A stretch of DNA of 64,000 bases, taken from Vicinamibacterales bacterium (lineage in GTDB: Bacteria > Acidobacteriota > Vicinamibacteria > Vicinamibacterales > UBA8438). The notes below the pieces were generated by a model. That model was not told where the DNA came from, did no database searches, and was given only the letters and a program-made list of their open reading frames with translations. A program made the position numbers and the translations under genes. The stretch spans positions 2,067,431 through 2,131,430 of the forward strand of contig OZ242205.1 in NCBI GenBank assembly GCA_965206285.1. Reading direction: 5' to 3'. Shown here piece by piece: positions 40,733-48,690 of the stretch; within the stretch, counting starts at the first letter, position 1, and each line of letters opens with the position of its first letter.

Positions 40733-41878
40733 ATGTCCCTGCGCAAGGCGATCTTCTGGATCCATCTGGCGGTCGGAGTCACCGCCGCTGTCGTGATCCT
40801 CATGCTGGCGGCGACCGGCGTCATCCTCACCTACGAGGCGCAGCTCGACCGGTGGGCGCTTCGCGAGTATCGCGCCGAGGCGCCGGCCCCCGACGTCGCG
40901 CCGCTCGGGCTCGACGAGCTGATCGCGCGCGTCAACGACGGGGGGCGGGCCGGACTCGTCACTTCCGTGGCCTTGAAGAGCGATCCGCGCGAGCCGGCGG
41001 TGGTCGGGCTCGACGACGGAGCCACCGTCCACGCCGACCGCTTCACCGGCGAGCGGCTGGGCGATGGCAACACACGAACGCGACGCTTCCTCCGAAGCGT
41101 CCTGTACTGGCACCGGTGGCTCGCCCTCGAGGGGGAGTATCGGATCATCGGGCGGACGTTCACGGCCACCGCCAACCTCGGGTTCCTGTTTCTGCTCGTG
41201 AGCGGGCTCTACCTCTGGTGGCCGTCGACGGGCAGGCGCGCCGCCTGGAGACAGGCGCTGTGGTTTCGCCGCGGCCTCGGCGGGCGGCCGCGCGATTTCA
41301 ACTGGCACAGCGTGATCGGCTTCTGGTCGGCGGTTCCGCTCGCCGTCATCGTCGCCAGCGGCGCCACCATCTCCTATCAGTGGGCCGCCGACCTCGTCCA
41401 TCGCCTGGCCGGCGACACGCCGCCGTTCCAGACGTCGCCGCGGTCGTTGGAGCCGGTGACGCGGAACGACCTGTCCGTCACGCCGGACCCGGCGGCTTCG
41501 TCGGTCGACCTGCAGGCGCTGGCCGCGAAGGCCGTCGCCGAGACGCCCGGATGGCGAACGATGACGATCGGCCTTCCCGAGACGATTCACGATCCCGTTC
41601 GGGTCGCCGTCGACCGCGGGACGGCCCGCCAGCCGTCGAAGACCGAGGACCTTCTGTTCGACCGGGCAACCGGCGAGCTGGTCGGGCGCGCCGGCTACCC
41701 GACCTTCAGCCGCGGCTTCAAGGTCCGCCGCTGGTTGCGGTTTGCACATACCGGAGAGGTGTATGGCGTGGCCGGACAGTCGATCGCCGGCGTCGTGTCC
41801 CTGGGCGTCGCGGTCATGGTGTGGACCGGCCTCGCGATGAGCTGGCGCCGTTTCTTCGGCCCCGCCGGCCGAGCCTGA
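40733..41878 (+). CDS. PepSY-associated TM helix protein (iron-regulated membrane protein family)
   Basis: FWIHL, WHRWL, SGLYLWWP, NWHSVIGFW, RFAHTGE, TGLAM. Confidence 0.9.
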   Translation: MSLRKAIFWIHLAVGVTAAVVILMLAATGVILTYEAQLDRWALREYRAEAPAPDVAPLGLDELIARVNDGGRAGLVTSVALKSDPREPAVVGLDDGATVHADRFTGERLGDGNTRTRRFLRSVLYWHRWLALEGEYRIIGRTFTATANLGFLFLLVSGLYLWWPSTGRRAAWRQALWFRRGLGGRPRDFNWHSVIGFWSAVPLAVIVASGATISYQWAADLVHRLAGDTPPFQTSPRSLEPVTRNDLSVTPDPAASSVDLQALAAKAVAETPGWRTMTIGLPETIHDPVRVAVDRGTARQPSKTEDLLFDRATGELVGRAGYPTFSRGFKVRRWLRFAHTGEVYGVAGQSIAGVVSLGVAVMVWTGLAMSWRRFFGPAGRA

Positions 41879-41894
41879 CGGCCACCGAGTCACG

Positions 41895-41925
41895 TCGCTC
41901 CACGGGCCCGCGGCCCGTGGAGCGA
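41895..41925 (+). terminator. 14-bp perfect stem-loop after the PepSY gene
   Basis: tcgctccacgggcc-cgc-ggcccgtggagcga. No U-tract. Confidence 0.5.
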
Positions 41926-42146
41926 GTCGTGGCGGCGCCCGTAACAGATCGCCCCGTTATCAGACCCAAGGACCCCGTCCCCGACCGGGGGGTCGGGCCG
42001 CTTCGCGGGGCTCGCGAAGCGGCGGCGGCGAGATGCCAGGGCCGCGGCCCACCGCGCCGGCCGCGGCGGCGTCCGGGCCGGCCGCCGTTCCTGGACCGGG
42101 CGCGGCGCTCCCGGAAACCGGCGTTGCGTGTACCCTGCCTCCCCCA

Positions 42147-42599
42147 ATGAACCGGTCGCCGCAAATCGTCGGCAACATCGGCCTGTACTACCTGTGCTTC
42201 AAGCTGTCCGAGCGCGGCTGGAACGTGTTGCCCACGTCGCGCAACACCCGCGGAATTGACATTATCTGCTTCAGCATGGATGGAAAACGTGTGCGCACCA
42301 TCCAGGTGAAGAGCCTGAGCAAGCGGAATCCTGTGCCACTAGGCAAGGATCTCGACAAGATCATGGGCAATTCTTGGGTGATCGTGAACTCGCTGGACAC
42401 GGAGCCGCGGACGTACATCTTGCGTCCCAAGGAGGTGCGGGCGATGGCACATCGCGGCGAAAACAAGGGCAAGATCTCGTACTGGCTCCAACCCAAGGAT
42501 TACGCGGTTGGGGTACCCTCTAGCGTGCCCCGCGGACTCGGCCGTCCCTCGGCACGACCCGTTTCTCGTCTTGACGGCCCCGCCATGGCATGCTATTGA
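42147..42599 (+). CDS. PD-(D/E)XK-like nuclease, C-terminus possibly replaced
   Basis: GNIG...LSERGWNV, RNTRGIDII, IQVKS. Confidence 0.65.
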   Translation: MNRSPQIVGNIGLYYLCFKLSERGWNVLPTSRNTRGIDIICFSMDGKRVRTIQVKSLSKRNPVPLGKDLDKIMGNSWVIVNSLDTEPRTYILRPKEVRAMAHRGENKGKISYWLQPKDYAVGVPSSVPRGLGRPSARPVSRLDGPAMACY

Positions 42600-42625
42600 T
42601 AACGGGAAGAAGGGAGGGTATTTTT

Positions 42626-43180
42626 ATGGACTTCAGGCTCCGTGGCGCGGCGCTCTCGATCACGCCAGCCGACATCCTTACAGCTACGCGCGACGTTCCG
42701 CCGACCCCGATCGATGGCCGCAACAAGTACTTTGTCGAGCTCCACGGACGGCGCTTCCCAATCAAGCAAGTCCTTCGGCTGGTCACGGGCTCGCCGCCGG
42801 TGGGCTTCGGGGCACAAGACGCGCATCGGATTCTCTCGCGACTCGGTTTCGACATCATCGAGGACCACGGACCACCGCCGGCAGGCACGAGGACCGTGCC
42901 TCGTGTGGCCGGCAGTCCTGCCTCGTTGGTCGATCCCGGAGCCAAGAATCAGGACGACGGCAAAGCCCTGAGACTGCTGGTTGTGTTCCAGGCGGATGAG
43001 GACGGCTGGGAGGTAGCGAGCTGTCCGACGCTGCCTGGGTGCCACAGTCAGGGGCGGACGAGAGAAGAAGCGCTCGACAACGTCCACGAAGCGATCAGAG
43101 GCTATCTGGCGAGTCTGCGAGAGCACGAGGCCACGCTGCCACCATCGTCCGAGTTTCAGATCATCGAGGTGCGAGCGTAG
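42626..43180 (+). CDS. hicB: HicB antitoxin with additional N-terminal domain
   Basis: C-terminal VASCPTLPGCHSQGRTREEALDNVHEAI. N-terminal ~80 aa containing KYFVELHGRRFPIKQVL...LSRLGF. Confidence 0.75.
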   Translation: MDFRLRGAALSITPADILTATRDVPPTPIDGRNKYFVELHGRRFPIKQVLRLVTGSPPVGFGAQDAHRILSRLGFDIIEDHGPPPAGTRTVPRVAGSPASLVDPGAKNQDDGKALRLLVVFQADEDGWEVASCPTLPGCHSQGRTREEALDNVHEAIRGYLASLREHEATLPPSSEFQIIEVRA

Positions 43181-43182
43181 CG

Positions 43183-43410
43183 GTGGTGCGACTCCCTGTT
43201 CTCTCGGGAGACGACTTCGTGACGATAGTCGCGAGGATCGGATTCTCCCTCGATCGCATGGAAGGCAGCCACATGATCCTGGTTGGGCCGACTGGCCGCC
43301 GACTCACGGTACCGAAACACCGGGAACTGAGCCGCGGTCTCCTGCGATCGCTGATCCGCGACGCCGGCTTGACACGGGAAGAGTTTCTCGAACTCGTGGG
43401 TGGATGGTGA
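43183..43410 (+). CDS. hicA: HicA mRNA interferase toxin
   Basis: LPVLSG...GF...GSHMIL...TVPKHRELSRGLLRSLIRDAGL. Confidence 0.85.
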   Translation: MVRLPVLSGDDFVTIVARIGFSLDRMEGSHMILVGPTGRRLTVPKHRELSRGLLRSLIRDAGLTREEFLELVGGW

Positions 43411-44009
43411 CGGTTCTGAGCGCCCTGGGAAGATCCCGGGCGTCGTGCGCCGTGCGCCGTGCGCCTCAATCTCGTCCGAACCCCCGCGGCAGCTCGACGT
43501 CGAGGGCGTCGAGGTCGACACCGCAGACGCCCTCGAGGAGCTCGGCGGTCGAAATTCCTGGACTGCTCAGAGGTACCGCGCCACGGCGCCGCGTTCTGCG
43601 GTCGCGCCGGCCGAGTAGTGCGCCACCATCCGGCTCGTCTTCCAGTTCCCGGGGAGCATCACGTCGGTCGTTGACGCGCCCCGGCTCGTGAGCTCCGACG
43701 CCAGCCCGACCCGCCCCGAGTGGGCGGTCACCCGCTCGACGCCGGCGGCCCGGGCCGCCGCCTGGGAACCGCAGCCCCACCATCTTCGGCGAGAGCGGCA
43801 CGACGCGGTCCGAGTTCGCCGGCCTGCTCCGCGTATATCCGCGTCGACGGTGTAACCGCTGGGAAGCGGCCCGCGGGCCGCTCGCCCTCCGAGCCAGTCC
43901 GGAGCGCCCGTGGCAGACGCGCCGTCCGCCCCCAGTTGGCGCGGGAAGCGTGGTCAACAGGTGCGGAGGTGGCTGGAGCTGCCGTGGCAGACGCGCCGTC
44001 CGCCCGCGG

Positions 44010-44140
44010 CGAGAGCTGTCGTTGGCTCTTTTCCAGTCTCCTCGAAGAGCTGGTTCACCGTCTCACGGTGGAGGCTGACTTGGGCCGCAATGGTCCCGAT
44101 CTTCCAGTGCTCGCCGTAGTACAGGCGCCGGATCAGATTC
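44010..44140 (-). pseudogene. IS21 IstA N-terminal remnant
   Basis: [26 protein letters not shown]. Confidence 0.55.
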
Positions 44141-44339
44141 CGACGACCGTACACAAAATGACCGCAGGGCGGGCATTGAATGTCCCATCGAACGCATGTG
44201 GCGCGCCTCCGGGGCGGGATGAGGTCGCGCGCGCAACCGCCTGACAGACCTGGACTTGCGCGCCGGCCGGCAAAATTGGCATCGCGCTTGCGTTACTTCA
44301 GGTCTCGAAGAGCGGAGCATTGTGACGATCAGGGGGGGA

Positions 44340-44600
44340 GGTCGCGATGAGGTTCGTAGGCTGTCCGGACGACGCTGGCGAGCACCTGCTGGGTGTCTGC
44401 GCCGTGGCGAGTGCGATTGCCGCCGCAGAACTTCCGGGTGACGACGGCGGGCCGGAGGGCCTGTTCGGCTCGCCAATTGGTGGCGTCGACCGACGGCTGC
44501 CAAAGGAAGGCGAACACCGCCGAGAATTCGATGGCCAGATGCGCGGCGAATCGCAGCCGAGCGAGTCGAGCGAGCAGTCGGCCGCGGGCCGTGCCAGACC
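44340..44600 (-). pseudogene. IS66-family transposase C-terminal remnant
   Basis: FAFLWQPSVDATNWRAEQALRPAVVTRK.CGGNRT. Confidence 0.7.
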
Positions 44601-44979
44601 ATGGTCGCTCAGACACCCCGCCTCGCGGCGATCGCGCAACTCAAAAGCGGCTTGCAGGAACAGCTTTCACCCGGACGATCCACCGGCTACGTGGGCGGTC
44701 GCCTTGCAGGTACCTTGTCCGCCGGAGCAGGTGAGCCAGACATGTCTGGTGCACCGCCTGGGTGAAGCGGCGATACGGCGCCCAGGAAGCTATCCCGGTA
44801 AACGAATACTCACAACCGAGGCTTGAGACCTATGTGTCCGGCGTCGCGTTCATGGTCGGAGGCCGCTTTCCATGCCTAACTCGCACCTTCGTCGGGCTGC
44901 CCGCCGAATACAATCATGTGCTCCCGCGTGGGCCCGCTGCCAGGGTCGCGTTCGTCGCGTGTTGAATCATCCGTGGACC

Positions 44980-45609
44980 ATGACTACCGTTACGCCCTTG
45001 GTCTCGGTCGTGTTCATTTGCCATTTCTCAATGGTTGGTCTCTATCTGCTACCTCTAAATCCACTAAAGCTTGCTTACAATACGCAAGTAATGGGTTACA
45101 TTAACCCATTGTTTACGCAAAACTGGCATCTGTTCGCGCCCAACCCGGTCGATACGAGCATGTCATTGGTTGGGAAGTGTCGGGGCGCAGGCGTTGACAC
45201 GCCATGGTTCGATGTCACCTATGGCATTACAGAACGGCTGGGCCCCCGCGCATTTGCGTCTTCGTTGTCGTCCGTATTGCATCTCCAGTTGAGCTTAGCC
45301 CGGCAGTATCTTTTCGGTTTCGTTGAACTAGAACCTCTACTACAAGAGTTGTGTTTAGACCAACCTACGGTTGACTACTGTCGGATGCAGCGGGCAAGTA
45401 CGGATGAGGTGCGGGAGCAAGCAAAGCAGGCACTGGTGCGGCTCGTAACTGACCTTTGTGTAGACAGCGATTTACGCGCCGTTGACAGCGTCTACGTGAG
45501 AATTGTTGATCTTGAGTTCCCGCGTTTTTCCGAGCGCCACCTACCGGATACCGCGGGTACCGCGCACTACGTGGACATTGAATGGCAATCAATCCCCAAC
45601 GGGCAGTAA
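44980..45609 (+). CDS. SdpA/DUF5819-like protein
   Basis: N-terminal TM, YINPLFTQNWHLFAPNP. Start uncertain (could be 44872). Confidence 0.75.
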   Translation: MTTVTPLVSVVFICHFSMVGLYLLPLNPLKLAYNTQVMGYINPLFTQNWHLFAPNPVDTSMSLVGKCRGAGVDTPWFDVTYGITERLGPRAFASSLSSVLHLQLSLARQYLFGFVELEPLLQELCLDQPTVDYCRMQRASTDEVREQAKQALVRLVTDLCVDSDLRAVDSVYVRIVDLEFPRFSERHLPDTAGTAHYVDIEWQSIPNGQ

Positions 45610-46826
45610 AGCTGGCGAACCTCGGGCTGCGACGTTGCGTCACCGGCGCCGCGCTGACGCGCACGTCTTTGGGTCTGGCCATACTTTACGAGTATGCCGT
45701 CAACTACTCGTTGCGCCATTATCTGTGGGGGGAGGCTCGCATCACCCGGGACTTATCTGTGATCGGGCTCTTTTCGCCGTATCAGTGGTCGTCAGGTCCC
45801 TTTTCGTTCGAGCTGATCTTTCATGCGGGTATTTTTGTTACATGTCTGTTCGTGGCTGGCATTGGCGGCCGATTGACTACGATTGCGGTCTACATGCTAA
45901 CGGTGTCTCTGCAAGACCTGAACAGTCTGATTACCGATGGCGGAGATAATATTACACGCATTGTGTTGTTGTACATGATCTTCGCGGATCTCAGCGGTCG
46001 GCGGGATCGCGACGTGCCGCTGGCTGTGGGTCTTCTCCATAACGCAGCCATCCTTGCAGTCGCTGTCCAGTTGTCCATGCTGTATCTGTCAACCGGACTA
46101 TACAAAGCGATGGGTGAGCACTGGCAAAACGGCGTTGCAGTGTATTATGTGATGCGCGTAAACGCCTTCGCTTGGACGGGAATAGGACAGCATATCTACC
46201 CCAGCATGATAGCCGTTGTGGTGTTAACATATGCCACGGTCTTGTTCGAGGTGGCGTTTCCGTTTATGCTGTTCAATCGGTGGACGCGCTGGTTTATGCT
46301 GGGTGCGGGTGTCATGTTTCATGTTGGTCTCGCGGCCGTTATGGGGCTGTTCGGTTTCTCGTGGATGATGTTGAGCCTGTATTTCGTGCTGGTGTCGGAC
46401 CGGGAATACGAACGCGTCAAGTCTTTGTTCTCCATAGCGGGGTCGGGCGTGGTGCTGTATGATGGCATGTGTGGGCTCTGCGGTAGGTTCGTCGGATTCG
46501 TGATGCATCGAGATAAGGGTGGGGTGTTTTGTTTTGAACGTCTGGAAGGCGAGGCCGGTAAACGGCTACTTGCATCTGAGGGTGTGCACGCGGACCGGTT
46601 GGATTCCATCTACGTAATCGATGAGAATGGTAGCCTGCTGGCAGGCTCGACAGCAGTGATCTTCATACTGCGGTGTTTGGGGTGGCCTTGGTGCTGGATT
46701 GCGCCGTTGGGTGTGCTGCCACGAAGGATGCGAGATGCGCTATACAATTGTATTGCGCGCAACCGTTACGCGATTGGAGGTGCCTGCGGTTTGGAAGCAA
46801 GCAAGCATGGAACGGGTCGTTCATAA
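45582..46826 (+). CDS. SdpB-like HTTM-domain protein fused to a DCC1/DUF393 thiol-disulfide domain
   Basis: NSLITDGGDNI, QLSMLYLSTGLYKAMGEHWQNG, FH. C-terminal VLYDGMCGLC...YNCIARNRY. Confidence 0.8.
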   Translation: MAINPQRAVKLANLGLRRCVTGAALTRTSLGLAILYEYAVNYSLRHYLWGEARITRDLSVIGLFSPYQWSSGPFSFELIFHAGIFVTCLFVAGIGGRLTTIAVYMLTVSLQDLNSLITDGGDNITRIVLLYMIFADLSGRRDRDVPLAVGLLHNAAILAVAVQLSMLYLSTGLYKAMGEHWQNGVAVYYVMRVNAFAWTGIGQHIYPSMIAVVVLTYATVLFEVAFPFMLFNRWTRWFMLGAGVMFHVGLAAVMGLFGFSWMMLSLYFVLVSDREYERVKSLFSIAGSGVVLYDGMCGLCGRFVGFVMHRDKGGVFCFERLEGEAGKRLLASEGVHADRLDSIYVIDENGSLLAGSTAVIFILRCLGWPWCWIAPLGVLPRRMRDALYNCIARNRYAIGGACGLEASKHGTGRS

Positions 46827-46842
46827 TAAAGGAGGAGAAGCG

Positions 46843-47199
46843 ATGATGATGCGCAAGTCGATGTGTGTTGTTCTTATGCTGACGCTCGTCGGGGCGCTGG
46901 CGCTGGCCGGTGGAGACCACGTAGTCTACGCAACCGCGAGTCCAACATTGGACGTCATGTCCGAAGCTGTGATGGCGAACGATGCGGACCCGAGGGGCCT
47001 ACCGTTTGCCGCATTGGTGGCTGCCAGAGCGGCGGCCGCGGCAGCAAGAAACGCCGCAGTCAGGCGGGCGGTTGTCCAAGGCGGGAAGTGGGTGGGTGAG
47101 GCTATCGGCGCGGGTTTTTTTTACGACTACTTTTTCGGAGGCTACATGCCGGGTGAGGATGAATACGTCGGGGTCAATGAAGCAATGGTCAACTTCTAG
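46843..47199 (+). CDS. Secreted peptide precursor, SdpC-like position (118 aa)
   Basis: Strong AAGGAGG RBS, Sec signal, DPR/GLPF junction, Ala-rich cationic helix, aromatic/acidic tail. Confidence 0.65.
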   Translation: MMMRKSMCVVLMLTLVGALALAGGDHVVYATASPTLDVMSEAVMANDADPRGLPFAALVAARAAAAAARNAAVRRAVVQGGKWVGEAIGAGFFYDYFFGGYMPGEDEYVGVNEAMVNF

Positions 47200-47279
47200 C
47201 TAGTGGACGAACTACGTCCGGCCGAGAGAGAAGGCGGGTGTCGTGACTTGCCGTGAGTGACAGTCAGGCGGGGTTACCA

Positions 47280-47317
47280 AACTGGCTCTCGCCACCGCGG
47301 CGTGGCGAGAGCCAGTT
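47280..47317 (+). terminator. 16-bp perfect stem-loop ending the sdp-like cassette
   Basis: aactggctctcgccac-cgcggc-gtggcgagagccagtt. Confidence 0.6.
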
Positions 47318-47464
47318 GAGGGGGGCAACGGTCGATTACGAACATCGGTGATAAACTCATACGCCGGTTCGCGCGGCAAGCGGCGAAGGCTGTGGGAACG
47401 GCGGCCGCGGCGTCACCTTGAGGTGGGTGTCTCTGGGCTTTCGCGAGGAACCGGTCACTGCGCT

Positions 47465-48679
47465 ATGGCAACGCTCCTTCTGACCGCCGTCGTTGTGCTC
47501 GCGGCTGTGGCATTGGTCGATTATCGCCCGCCGCCCATAATTGTCGCGATTTATTGCGTCCTGCGCGTAGGGGACTGGGCGGTAAGGCGATTAGTAAGAC
47601 GGCGCGCGCGGACGCCAAGCAGTGGGCGGGAGGACGAGCCGGACACGGACCGTGTACACATGACCGCGCTCGTACTGACCGCTATCGCGCTGGTTGCGGC
47701 GGGGGCACTATTCGATTCTCCGTTGCCGGAGTTCATGATCATTCTGATCTATCTCGTCTTGGGCGTACTCGTCTGGGCGACAAGGCGTTGGGCGCGGGGG
47801 CGCGAGCCTAGCGATTGCGCTAGGCGGGACGACGAGCGCGACCTGGACCGCGCGCCATGGCCGATCTCCGGCCCGATCGGCCGCTTCGGGCCCTATGGTC
47901 TCATCACGGTTTTCGGCGCAACACAGTGGTTATGCCTGTTGAATCCACTACAGGTCGTGGAGAGCGTTAGGCAGGTGGTCGGCAACGCAACTCTTGCCCG
48001 GCGGCTTAAGCGCAGTGGCGACGACGGCCGGGGCTACGAAACGCGGGTCGTCTACACGTTGCCGTTCGACGGCGAGTGGCTGGTTGTCAACGGCGGGAGC
48101 ACGCCGGAGACCTCGCATTCATGGGACGTTCTGGGACAACGCTTCGCGCTCGACTTCGTCCAGGCGGACGAAGGATTCCGAACTCACCAGGGCCCGGGAA
48201 CGAGAGCGGAGGATTACTTCTGTTTCGGCTGCGAAATCCGCGCGGCGGCGTGCGGAATCGTTGTCCGTGTGGAGGACCGCGTACGTCAGGCGTTCCTCGG
48301 CTGGGGCGTCTGCGACTTCACGGCCCGCAGCTTTCTCGGCAATCACGTAGCCGTGGCGCATGCCGAGGGAGAGGTCGGGTTATACGCACACCTCGTTCCG
48401 GGCAGCGTTTGCGTTGCGCCCGGCGACCGGGTGAGCCGCAGTCAAGTGCTTGGGCGCTGCGGCCACACGGGCCACAGCACCGAACCGCACCTTCATTTTC
48501 ACCTGCAGGACTCGTCGGACGTGTTCCGGGGCATGGGCCTGCCGGTGCGTTTCTCACATCTTGTCGTTGACGGCGAAGCCGCCGACGGTGTTCTTCTAAG
48601 CGTGGGACATCGGGTGAGGGCGCGAGAGTGGGGTAACCGCAAAGTGTCCGCGGAAGTGGGGCTAGGCAGGCTAGGCTAG
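47465..48679 (+). CDS. M23-family metallopeptidase with N-terminal membrane segments
   Basis: SHSW...RFALDF, GNHV, YAHL, GHSTEPHLHF. Confidence 0.8.
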   Translation: MATLLLTAVVVLAAVALVDYRPPPIIVAIYCVLRVGDWAVRRLVRRRARTPSSGREDEPDTDRVHMTALVLTAIALVAAGALFDSPLPEFMIILIYLVLGVLVWATRRWARGREPSDCARRDDERDLDRAPWPISGPIGRFGPYGLITVFGATQWLCLLNPLQVVESVRQVVGNATLARRLKRSGDDGRGYETRVVYTLPFDGEWLVVNGGSTPETSHSWDVLGQRFALDFVQADEGFRTHQGPGTRAEDYFCFGCEIRAAACGIVVRVEDRVRQAFLGWGVCDFTARSFLGNHVAVAHAEGEVGLYAHLVPGSVCVAPGDRVSRSQVLGRCGHTGHSTEPHLHFHLQDSSDVFRGMGLPVRFSHLVVDGEAADGVLLSVGHRVRAREWGNRKVSAEVGLGRLG

Positions 48680-48690
48680 GCCTCGGCTAG

